Source: Ginglymostoma cirratum (taxonomy: Eukaryota). Taken from it: a stretch of DNA of 64,000 nt. The notes beneath the pieces are model-generated. The model saw only the letters and a list, made by a program, of their open reading frames with translations. It had not been told where the DNA came from and did not search any database. How positions within the stretch are numbered: the stretch's first letter is position 1; every line of letters starts with the position of its first letter. This document shows, one piece after another, positions 39,647-51,900 of the stretch. The position numbers and the translations under genes were made by a program. The stretch is taken from assembly GCA_024137785.1 (NCBI GenBank), contig JAHRHZ010000222.1, positions 30,036,838-30,100,837 on the forward strand, read 5' to 3'.

Positions 39647-41952
39647 AGATGGATTGGTATTGCTTACTTAACTTACTCCTCAATCCAGTAAATTAAGAAA
39701 AAATATTTTCATGATCTATATATTCTGATATTCAGTAACTTTTATTTCATAAAGATTTTGGGGTTCAGTGCAGAATTTCTCATTTTGTTAGCAATCAACC
39801 TGCAACCATTAGAACAGTTCCATTGCCACCATAGCATTCAGAAACAATGACAGTGCCATTATTCAGACTTGCAGTAAACAAGGGGCAATCCATCTAAACA
39901 GGTAAGTGGATTCCCACCAATGTTTCTACAGCCTGCCGCAAATGTAAAGAATAAATGTGAGTGGTAAAGGTGCAAGGTTCTGCTCCATTACAAGCTGCAC
40001 TATTACAACAGGCAAATTGGCAATGTTTACATGGTTGCAGTGAACAGGCGGAGAAATTTGTATCAAATCAAACTGTCAATAGGCATAAGTCATCCAGCTT
40101 GCAATGCTGAAGATTCTTTTCAGCTTTTGAATTAAAAGTGTGAAATAAGTAAGGTTTGTAGACAGGGGTTCCAACTCAGGTCAGCCAACTAATACTGTAA
40201 GGCACCCTTTAGCAGGCGTGAACCTTGAACACCCTAAGGGTCCATGTCAGCAGAAAGTATTGGAGAGGAACCTTGTACACACTAAGGCCTGTATCAACCT
40301 TGAAAGCAGATTAGAGAGTTTCAATAGATACCTGTATGCAGGATAAGAGAAAAAGTTAGAACAGAAGTTTTCTGTTTATTGTACAAGAACAAAATGTGAA
40401 CAATGTGATTGTGGAGGATAAAGGTTGATGTTTTTCTGTATGTATTGGACAGATATGAGATTGGACAGAAATCGGGGAGATGTCAGACGGAGTATCAGAC
40501 AGAATTTTGTTTAGCCAGTCTATGACTGAGGTGGTTTGAATAAACTCAAAGTTAAACTGTGTATCTGAGTCCTCCTCTATGCAAGAAGAATAACCACAAC
40601 AGAAATAATTTTGCGCTTTCTTCTGAGAAAATATGACACAATTTGAACAAGATTTCGAATGGGGAATGTACAGAGAAGAATAGCTGGCTGGTATAATACA
40701 CTGGAGGTGCATGTGTTGGAGAAGTGAATGGGAGCAGAGGGTTCCAACTTGCAATTGCAGCAGGGAAGGAAAGCTTCAGGGTCAGGTCCGATCTGCAGCA
40801 ATGCAGCTGCAACCATCAGTCATCGATGGGCGCATTTCTAGCTATCGAATAGCAGTACAGGGAGATTCAATATGTCACAGCTAGGAAAGAAAGCAAAGCA
40901 GTAAGACTCTACCAAAATCTAAATGTTGACCTGTGTGGTGATATGCAAATGATCTGTGCTGCTCTGGCCACCTCAGGGGAGGTATATTTTTAAGAAAGAT
41001 CTCATATCCTTATCATTACATGACACATAAGCATTTGCTGCAAAATTTGACAAGGCCTAGAAATGGTTGCAGAGACATTGGTGCAATTAAGCAACATCTG
41101 TTCCTGCAGTTTGGGCAGGATGCAGCTCGCAGCTATCACTAGCCTCAGCCCTCAGGCTCTACACCGAAGGGTGCAAAGTGATGAGAGGCTTAGCTTATTT
41201 GGAGCAAGCCTGAACTACTGGAAAATCTTTAGAGGCCTTCAATGGGAGAATGCATTGCGGTTGGAGTAGGTACTGGAAATGACTGTAACAAAGTATCTAA
41301 GGTGCAAGGACAGAGCAACAAGGCAGGGAACGTGCTCTAAGGTTCTCCAATACCACAGATGCACATGAGAGAGATCTGTATCCACAGAGAACCAGCTGAC
41401 CCTCCAGACAGATCCTGCAAAGACATTGAGAGTAGATAGACATTGCAGCATGTGCACTCCCAAGAACCACAATGCAGCATTAAGGTTAGTGAAAGCATTT
41501 TCAACCACTATATTGTTACAAGTGAACTATTATGGCCTTACAGCTTGTCCAAGTCACCAAATATGCTTCTCTCATCTTTCAAAAATCTTCATCAACTACA
41601 ACTTTTTTGCCATAGGTTCACATCACATTCACAGCACTGCTATAAGCCTCACATCCATATCTCACAGTTTACATGCATTGCCAAGTATTTGACCATGACA
41701 GACACTTTACCCAAAGACATTGCACCACGCGCACTGAATCATTGCCCTCCTCTCTCTCCCTCTCCCCATGGAGTACAAGGTGGCACATGTATATGGATTA
41801 TGTTCGAGAAATGGTCACGGAACATGGCATCTAGTAGGTCAACTTGGACTTTGTGTGATGTTTCAAATACTGATGGCACAGCCAACTGTCAGAGAATAAA
41901 GTCACCTGGACTCCTCTCTCGATACTGAACCTGCATGAGGTACTGAGTAAGG

Positions 41953-42165
41953 TTGTGTGGCTCAGTTAGCTGGATGTCTGGTTTGTAATGCAGAGTAATG
42001 TCAACAGAATAATGGGCTCAATTTCTGTACTGGCTGAGGTTATCATGAAGAACTTTCCTCCTCAAACTCTCCCTTTCCCTGAGGTGTGATAACCCTCAGG
42101 TTGAACCACCAGTCATCTCTCTGTAATGAGAGAGTGAACCAATGGTCTGGCAACTTTACCTTTAC
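41953..42165 (+). mobile_element. tRNA-derived SINE
   Basis: A-box-like tggctcagttagctgg, degenerate B-box gggctcaatttc, internal hairpin cctgaggtgtgataaccctcagg and a tail of (ctttac) repeats. Confidence 0.75.
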
Positions 42166-42279
42166 CACTTGGACATTGCAGGAGAGGAATTCTTCATGGT
42201 TATGATTTATTTCTGAAATTAAATGAGGTGTCATTGGCACCCTGCACCATTGGGAAATCATAAGCTTTTTCCACCTGCT

Positions 42280-42640
42280 TCCCTCAGAAGAAAGGGAATG
42301 CACTGTATTCCCTTCTCTTTGCATGCAGAGCATCAGTTATCTCCCTTGTACAACACTGGGCAGTGAACTGAAAAATATTAGAGACGTGCCCTGCTAAAGC
42401 CTGAAAGGAGATCAACATGAAGAAGTTCAATGCCCTGGTCATCTTTGCCCTGGGCAATGCCATCCTTGCCCTAATCCAAGGCTTCGGCTGTCCATGTAAT
42501 TTATGGCAAACTTCAATGAAACTTCCTTTGTGAAATGAATACATTGCACTTACTGTTCCTCACTGAGTTTAAGATTGGAGAAATGTTCTCTGAAGACTGT
42601 CAATAGAAAAGTTCTCCTACTGAGAGCACATCCTCCATTC
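42280..42640 (-). pseudogene. Harbinger transposase N-terminal fossil, part of a larger element of about 40750-43200
   Basis: ALSRRTFLLTVFREHFSNLKLSEEQ, then EVCHKL...RARMALPRAKMTRALNFF..SFQALAGHVSNIFQ...CTREITDALHAKRREY. Confidence 0.8.
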
Positions 42641-43935
42641 TCTTTGAGCAGCTCTTGTTGTTTCTGCTCAATCTCCCTATAATGTTGCAGATTAAGGGGA
42701 ATGATATTTACATCACCTATGACTGGGAACAAGTAGAAAGTCAGAACGCTTGAAGTGAGAGCCTTCGCCATGTGCCATATCACTACCAGTAGATTGTTAT
42801 TAACTTTAAATGTCAATAACTAACGTCCAATCACATTTACTAACTCAAAATCAGCTGATAGAGGTCAATCAAGCTAATCTGAAAGTGGTTGATAATCACT
42901 GGTTTGGGTGAGGCTGTCATCCCTGGTGCTGAATGTATATTCAGCTTTTCAAGGTGAAAAACATGGTGTTTATCAGCTGGAAAAGATGACATCATTAGAA
43001 TGAAATTAGTGCTGCAGTTTGAAATGGTACTGGTCTGCCCACTTCACATATTACCGATGCACACTCCCAGAGTCCTTGACAAGAATCTGCTCAAAAAATG
43101 ACATCTGGTGTGCATAGGCATGGGTGCCATTACGTCAATACTGACACATTGCGCATATAGGCGCTTCACTAACAAGGACAGCAAATTCATTCTTAAGTTT
43201 GATTCCATGCAGAGATACAGCAATCATCTGGAGAAAACTGTAAGGTTCTCATTCTTAGTATTGTGTACTGAACTAAAAAAGTGGTAACATGAAAGCAGGC
43301 AAGTTTTATTTCATCATTTGCAGCCTTTACTTCTACTGGTGGCAGTAGCACTTTAAAACAATCAATTAAAGAAGCCTGGTGACGGGTAGAAGATCTGAAA
43401 TCTGTGAACTGATGTTGATCACTGTTTCAAAGCAATGTCACAAAACATCGCACAGACACCTTTTCTCTGGACCATAACATATCAACTAATTACAGTTGGT
43501 CACTGTATAGATACCCAGTTTAATTTGTATTTTGCTTTACCACTGAGGTAAACCTTAATAATTAGTAAATAACAAATTCTCCTGTGGATAACCCACTATA
43601 CCTTAACTTTTATTGAAAACAAATAAAGCAACATTTTGAGATGAGATCATTAAAGATTTGGTAAAAGAAACCATGCTGCCAAATTATAAATCATAGCTCC
43701 CAGTACTGAATATGATTCAACATCATGTCCAGTTTCCAATATGAACTTCATTAGGCCTCTGTCCAAACATGGTCTACTGTCTGATGCAGATCACAATTTA
43801 TCAGTTTCCCTATTACTATTGTACGCATACATAATCTGATGAAAAACTTGAAATTTGCAGCACATAACTTTGTATAATCCTCAAAAGAGATTCACTCCTT
43901 GTTTCAATAAGCTTAACATAAATCCAAAATGTATT

Positions 43936-44123
43936 GACTCAGCAGGTCTGGCAGCATTTGTGAAGGAGAAAACAGAGTTAACGTTTCAGGTCCGGTGACT
44001 CTTCCTCAGTTCTGAAACGTTAACTCTGCTTTTTCCTTCACAGATGCTGTCAGACCTACTGAGCTTTTCCAGCAACTTTGTTTTTGTTCCTGATTTACAG
44101 CATCCGCAGTTCTTTCGGTTTTT
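43936..44123. mobile_element. Penelope pLTR-derived hairpin insertion with a hammerhead core and a perfect 14-bp TSD
   Basis: TSD atccaaaatgtatt at 43922-43935 and 44124-44137, with inverted arms inside. The minus strand reads CUGAGGA-AGAGUCACCGGACCU-GAAA-CGUUA (44009 to 43979). Confidence 0.85.
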
Positions 44124-44262
44124 ATCCAAAATGTATTAGTCCACTTAAAAGGCAATATGAAGGCCTCCTATTTATGCCTTTGAAGTAATTTACTTTTTAG
44201 TAGTTAATTCAATTTCTCTTTGCTCTCCTCACCAACTTGATGCAAATTATATCAAGATATAA

Positions 44263-45626
44263 TGTATGTCCTGTACATAAAAAGCAGGACAAATCCAACC
44301 CAGTCAATTACCGCCCCATCAGTCTACTCTCGATCATCAGTAAAGTGATGGAAGGTGTTATCAACAGTGCTTGAAGCAGCTCCTGCTCAGCAATAACCTG
44401 CTCAGTGATGCCCAGTTTGGGTTCCACCAGGGCCACTCAGCTCCTGACCTCATTACAGCCTTGGTTCAACCATGGACAAAAGAGCTGAATTCCAGAGGTG
44501 AGGTGAGAGTGACAGCCCTTGATATCAAGGCTGTATTTGACCGAGTGTGGCATCAAGGAACCCTAGCAACACTAGAATCAACAGGTATCGGGGGGCAAAC
44601 TCTCCAGTGGTTGGAGTCATACCTGACACATAGGAAGATGGTTGTGATTGTTAGAGGTCAGTCATCTCAGCTCCAGGACATCTCTGCAGGAGTTCCTCAG
44701 GATAGTGTCCTAGGCCTAACCATCTTCAACTGCTTCATTAATGGTATTCTCTCTATCATAAGGTCAGAAGTGGGGGTGTTCGCAACCCGTCAGACACTGA
44801 AGCAGTCCACGTGCAAATGCAACAAGATCTGGACAATTTCCAGGCTTAAGCTGACAAGTGGCAAGTGACATTCACGCCACACAAATGCCAGGCTATGACC
44901 ATTACCAATAAGAGACAATCTAACCACCGCCCCTTGACATTCAATGGTGTTACCATCACTGAATCCCCTATTATCAACATTCTGAAGGTTATCATTGACC
45001 AGAAACTCAACTGGACTCATCACATTAACAGAATAGCTACAAGAGCAGGTCAGAAGCTAGGAACACAGTGGCAAGTAACTTACCTCCTGACTCGCCAAAT
45101 TCTGCCCACCATCTTCTAGGCACAAGTCAGGAGTGTCATGGAATAGTCCCCACTTGCCCAAATGAGTGCAGCCCCAAAAACACTCAAGAAGCTCGACACC
45201 ATTGAGGATAAAACAGCCCCTTGACTGGCATCACATCCACAAGCATCCACTCCCTCCACCATTGACACTCAGTAACAGCAGTGCGTGCTATCCACAAGAT
45301 GCACTGCAAAAATTCACCAAAGAGCTCAGACGGCACCTTCCAACTTGATGACCACTTCCCTGTAGAAGGACAAGTGCAGCAGATACGTGGGAATACTAAC
45401 CCTCCAAGTCATTCACCATCCTGACTTGGAAATATATTGCAGTTCCTTCACTGTCATTGAGTCAAAGTCCTGGAATTCCCTCCCTAATGGCATCGTGGGT
45501 CAACCCACAGCAGGTGGACTGCAGTGATCCAAGAAGGCAGCTCACCACCACCTTCTCAAAGACAACTAGGGATGGGCAAGAAATGCTGTCCAGCCAGCGA
45601 TGCCCACATCCCACAAATGAATAAAT
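44263..45626 (+). mobile_element. 5'-truncated copy of the 24402-27160 LINE family (RT and 3' UTR)
   Basis: NYRPISLLS, QFGFHQGHS, ALDIKAVFDRVWHQG and GVPQDSVLG. The FADD motif is removed by a deletion near 44785. Same 3' end as the other copies. Confidence 0.92.
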
Positions 45627-48600
45627 TTTAAACAAGTATATATATATATATAAATAATTTAGCATGAGAGGAGCTTAGAATTTGAACTCTCTGAATGTTG
45701 ATTCAGTTGAAATCTGAATTAAATCCAGAAATGAAACTTGAGTAGAGCATTCTGTTTGCTTGAGTGTGATGACACCATTCAGAAAGTATCTACCACATAA
45801 CAGATATCAAATTGGTAGTTAATTTTATGAAAAACAATTCAATTTTGATTTAAACTATGACCTGATTTAAAGGACTTTCACGCAACAGGGGATTTCTGGC
45901 CTGTTCCGCCAGAAGTGTCTTCCTTGATAACTCTGCTCATTGCCAATATTGACCACTAGGGTGAGCATGTGTTAGAACATGAGCTTTTGCAAAGACTTTG
46001 TTGGCTGGATTATGGGAGGGAATGGCTTTTCTCTCTGCGTGCAGTGAAATTGTAATTATGTTCTTATTCAATGCATTTACAATGTTGCTACATTTAGCAA
46101 CTAGGGCAATTTATATCACAATTTAAAATTAGGTTAGTAAGACAGAGACACTGATGCTGATAAAAAAAAGTATCCCACAAGACACTTCAGCAAGACAAAT
46201 TCTTCAAAAAATGTCTATATTTCAAAAATTCCATGTGCGTTCTCCTAAAATATTAAATTATGTGTTACATACAATTTACATTCAATATGAAAGCTTAGAT
46301 ACCCAAATAATAGCCTGAAGAATATTTACCTGTTTTTATTGCTTCATAAAGACACATCGTACTTTTTAAAATGTGGAAGTTTGCTGCTTGATTAATTTGT
46401 ATGGAAGCTTGTTCTGTTCATTCAATGAAAATAATCATTTTGTTTTAAATTTATGAAACATATACTTAGAGGACAGGTTCTTATACACTCCTTTCCATCT
46501 GCTGAATTAACTATGTAAATGGTGGGTGAGGCCATTAGCACTGTTCAGAAAGCAATACTTGTACTAGAGTGAGATGAACTTTTGTTTAGGACACTACATC
46601 CCGGAGTAACCATGCAAATGTCAAGCCAATAAAATGAACTAATCTCAATCCACTAAATATAGGATAAACTAGACTTGCCTGCGTTACATTTTATTTTCTG
46701 AAATTGCAACCAGTTTTTTTTGTCTCAGGTCAGAAGTATGATGTTTTATTAGGTTTTCTATATTGGTTTACAATAAGTAAATATTTCTACTTTATAAATC
46801 ATATGAAAATAACATTACAGCACTAAAAGATTAAAATGTTCTTTTTCTGCTAATAGAGTGTACTGGAAGCAAATCTGTATGGAGCAGGAAACTTGGAGTC
46901 CCTTTCAATATGCAGATATAAAAAAATCCATCTTAAAGTTTCTATTTCTAAACAGGAGACAGTGATGACCTTTGACCATCTATTGGTCTCTGATCATTTC
47001 ACCACACATTGCTTGCGTTTTCAGAATGCAATTATATTTTGACACTTTCAATTGTTTTGGAAAAATGCCAGCATGTTTCTGATCACTGTGTATAACAATA
47101 TGATGGGGCACTGTTCAGTGAATTCTGGTGAAAAAAACAGCAAATTTGAATCATGGAATAAATAAGACAATGTAAAAAAATGTACCTACTCTATAAAATT
47201 ATATCAAAGCCTTTCATATTTCCAAGAATTTGTAAGATTTTCTGTGATGGAAGATGCTTGGCAGCAGAACTGGCTGCTGTAATTGAGCTAGGAGACAGCT
47301 GGGAAAGAGCATTGCAAGAGGGGTGTGTTTTGCAATGCTAATGGCCTGGGATTTGTCTGCTGCAATATCGTACAGAAATGCTTTTACAGGTTGTACTTTC
47401 TCCAAGCCAACTTTTACTTTCTTTACATTAGCAGCTGAAATAACTCCGAGGTATAGTGACGGCGGTACAAGGGCAATCAGCGCAAGACATCTTGGACAAG
47501 TGACAAGGCTTACACAAGCATGAATGTGACGTAACATGAGATGAAGCCATTTGAATCTTCCATCTCCTGTTCATATCATTAAGTAATGGCAGAGGATCCT
47601 GAGAATACCTCTTAAATGCTTAAACTGACCACAGTCTCTTGTAAAGCCAGTTATGGAGACATGAATCCTAGGGTGTGTTTTTATATTGGTTTTATGTTAC
47701 TTTGGCAAGAATGACACCAGATTGAACCCAGGTTCAATATTAAAATATAAATAAGGTAGACTAAGGTCCTCTCTAGAATTTGCACTGCAATTTGTGTAAC
47801 CTCACTTTTTTTAACATTAATTGAGCACATATTGGCCCGAGAGTTACTCATTCGACATCTTGGTTGACACATCATCCACAGTTATGAAATAAAATGCTAG
47901 AAATCGGGCATTACGCGTTTTGAATAAAGGATCTTAACAGATTATTTCAATAAAATAAGTCACAACTGCATCAGTGTGTACCCTACAGTGGAAGGGGTTT
48001 AAAAAGAGATGTTTTCAAATAAATCAGATCCAGTTACCACTAATGGATTATAAGATTTATACAGCAGGATTGAACCTATGGTATATTTTAGCGTCAAAAA
48101 AGCTGTGTATTTTTCTGGTTCTGATGTCAGAATGTGCACTAGAATAAACCTGTAATTTTTGTCAACTGATGTCATTCATCCATCTTTTTAATTATAACTA
48201 CTGTCACTGTCTGCTCACCTGTGTAGTCTGCTCAGCCTGTATATTCTGCTTATTATGCCAAACTATTCATACACTGCATCGCTGTAAAACCATCACATTT
48301 TATCAAAATAAGCCAGCAAAAAGATGCACATGCACTGTGCTACACCCACAACCACCCAGGATTATTCAATACATAATTATGTTTATGTCATTAATTGCTA
48401 TTACCATCCCCATGCTAGTCTGCTCTTTTCTACGAAATTGTCTTCTCTTCTCTTAATATTTCAGCAATATTGATGAATTTTTGGACTTTTCCAGAAATGA
48501 ACAATGACCTTTTGAAATTAAAGATCATCTACATGAGTGGTTTGCAACATTTTAACACGTCAGACGCTTGAAAGTCTTGGCTGCTGTGATAAAAGAATTA

Positions 48601-51459
48601 GAACTATACCAGGCTACTCGCATTTTAATTGACTAAAAACTACGACAACAAACCTTGGGGAGTAAACACAAAAAAATTTTGTCGTATTTCTTTTGACTAA
48701 AGTTTTATTTTATAAGTTTTATCAAAATAACAGATGAATAGATCATTTAAAAAGGTTAGAAATGGTCCATCTTTTACGAAAAGTAAGGTTAAGCATAATC
48801 AGGAAATCAAGTCTTATAAACTATAGCAGGGTCATGATTTAAAAAGTGGATAGATTCTTAACTAAGCAGAGGAGCCTGTGTGTTCTGGGTCCCAGTGGAG
48901 TACAATCGATTAATCCCTCCTTATGACAAACATTAAGTGCAGCCAGTTGCGTTTACTCATGTTTTTTGCATTGTATTTTTCCGTAGGAGCTGTGAAGAGT
49001 GCGGCTGCTTCAGATACTTCTCCTCACCATGTCCTATCCTATCTGCAGGATATTGACAGGTCTGACAAGGCTTTGATTATCCAGTCAGCAGGAGTCTGAG
49101 GCTTGTCACTTACCGGGTATGAGAAACCAGCTTTGGGCTGATGAAACAATTGAAAGGAAATGGGGCTGAACATGAGGTCTGGGGTTTGGGGGGAGGGGGG
49201 GAGGAGGCGAGGTGGTGGTTAGTGGGGGTTGGGGATGGTTCATCAGGGACTTGATAATAAAGCATCTTCCCAAAGGACAGGCTGGGACACTACCAGCCTG
49301 GCATAGTCTCCACTGCCTACCTGATTAGAGACAGGCAGCAGGGAAATAGATTTGGCAGCGCAAAGCACAGCCACTTACCTCAGTTTGATTGGTTAATGCA
49401 GTCTGAACATGTTTGTGCCATTTCTGAGCTCTGGATCTGGGACGCTTACTTCTCTTAATGAACATGCTTGTCAGGTAGGGTGAGGAGGAGCTTTTGTGGC
49501 ACTTGGGAAAGTACTGCTTGAAGATGAATGATTGGTTAAGCTGCATGTGCATGTTTTTCAAGACAGTCTGATGAGAAATGATGATAAATTTGATGTTAGC
49601 CCACAGAACAATACGTTCCCAACCCCTCCCCAACCATATTTGTCCCTCCTTTACACATTTCACCCTCTTCAAGGCCTAGAAGATAATGATGATATTGTGC
49701 AGAAAAGTAACTGCATTCTCACATATTATCCATGACTTCCCACTGTTCCATCTGTCAGGCAACCGTTCAAGTAAACAGCAGAATAAAGATTTGATTAAAT
49801 GTTAATCTAGTTTGCTTTAAATTTCCAGGATTCCTTTGAACTGATTTAACCTGCATATAATACTTGAAACTATTTAGGTGAAAGTTACTCAAAGGCCAAT
49901 TATACTTAAAATAATCATTGGAAATTAAAACTAAGTAAGTTCATGAGACCTGAGCCAGTGATACAGAAGTGAATACTGAAATGCACATTTGATCAAGGGA
50001 AATCAATTTCAAACTGTGATTTGAGAACAGCGTTGTAAACCACCACTATATGCGTTGAGAATGTCAAATTGGAATCTTTCATTCAGTTTCAACTTTTAAG
50101 CAAAACGTAATTACAGGAATGAGCTTTGCAGCATGTATTTCTTCTAAATTTTGTGCACATTGGGCACTGCTTTACTATTAGTCTCTGTTTTGTCTTAAAA
50201 TAATTACTGTCACACTGGAGCTTCAATATATGTATGTCTTTTACATTTCGTTACCATGTTTTAAGCAGCACAACAGGAATCATTTAGGAAATGGAATTTG
50301 TTCAAGTTTAGAGGTATTGGACAAATTTCTTAAAATATTTTTTACAGATCTGCTGAGTCCCATGCAAATGAAGATGTGCTTAGGTGGAGAAAAGCTGTGC
50401 AATTCCCCTCTCCACCCCTTGTACTCATACTGGTAGGGTGCTGGGTGGTTTTCCTGCATGGGACAGATGAACACTGGAGATTTGTCCCTGGTGCTGTTTA
50501 ATGTTGCTGCCCTATATTAATTAAGAGCCTTCATACTCATCTTGCAAACTACCATGTGATCAACATCACTGCTGGGATTGCAACGCAAGGAATTTTAGGG
50601 ATACATTCATATAAATGTAAATCTTAATAAAATTGAAACATGAACCATCAAATTGTCAGAACACTTGCTTTCTTTAAGTGAGCATCATGTATATATGAAG
50701 TGACCAATTTATAGGTTGAGATTAAGTTCAACATAATAATGTAACTTGGCTTTAAGGCTTCAGATGACAACCAACAAAATGCATCAGAAAGATGTAAAAT
50801 TGGAGGCGTTTGTTAAATCTGACTTCATACATAGTGAGACAGTTCCTCATGGATATACTGAGCAGGCTTTCCATCATTGTAGAAATGTAATAATGACAGA
50901 TTGTTATCATGGTTCATGCTTTGATAAATCACTTGGGAAAAATATCATTTTTTTTTGTTTATAGATAAGCAGACATGCAATATGGCTTTAGCGACTATGG
51001 CTTATACATAAATAAGTTAGGTCATCAGTTTTTTTTTCTCAATTACCCTGCTAGAATTCAAAGGATATATTCAAGCTACAGCATCGGACAGTGCCAATGT
51101 ACATTTGCACAGCTATTGAAAACCCTAGTGGAATAAGGTTAGACAATTATACGCATACTCGACATTTTGCACTTCAAGAAAGGAGCTGACAGGGTAGACC
51201 ATGCACCATCCATGGAACTTCACCTTTGTTTGCAGTGGTTTCAGTAGAGAAAATAAGAAAAAAATTCTAATTGACTGTTAATTAATTCCCTTGGCATTCA
51301 TATCAGCACATTTTGGCAACAGGTGTTCTATTTTGGAGTTTTGCATTATTTAAGCAGTGAAACAATGCCATAATGAATGCTTTATTTCACAATGTCATAC
51401 CTATTAATAAAGATAGTTAAAAATAAGGAGCAACTCCTTCACACCTGCCCTCATAAAAT

Positions 51460-51900
51460 ACTCAGCGGATTTTCAACTGTTTTTGACCGGCTTTGTGTCA
51501 TGGTTCTCCCGAGTGATTCCTTCAGACAGAAATCCCATAAATCACTGCATTCAAAAATACACAGCTCTTTCAGGACAAGGTCAGACAGAAGAGATATGTT
51601 CCAGTTTCAAAGGAAAACAAAATTCAAGAACTTCCATGCAATAAGGCTGCTTGACAAGTGCATTTCAAGCTGTCTTGAAGCCTTGTCAGTGACCTCAGGA
51701 TTGTGCTCTGATTGACAGCTAGCAGGTGGCAGATGAATGAAGTTGTCACAATGGCTGCTGATCAGCTCTGAGTGCATGTACGATGGCAGAGACAGGGCAG
51801 CTGCCCAAGGTGATCTCTTGTTTTACAAGCAAAGCATTCAGGGCACCCACTGATACTTATGTAACTGGTTTATTAATGGAGTAACAGCTTTGTCAGATGT
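51460..51900. promoter_or_regulatory. Candidate conserved enhancer with PBX-HOX/MEIS grammar
   Basis: TGATTTATGG (minus, 51535-51544), TGATTGACAG (51709-51718), CAAGGTCA (51576-51583), TTCAAAGG (51606-51613), and E-boxes at 51723 and 51730. No recognisable repeat. Confidence 0.5.

Noticed and set aside
38883-39671. 262-aa and 197-aa ORFs (also those at 1886-2142)
   Set aside because: They run through N gaps and repeat arms.
39792-39901. Acceptor/donor pair enclosing 110 nt on the plus strand
   Set aside because: Stops occur in all three frames, and a non-coding exon cannot be supported without RNA data.
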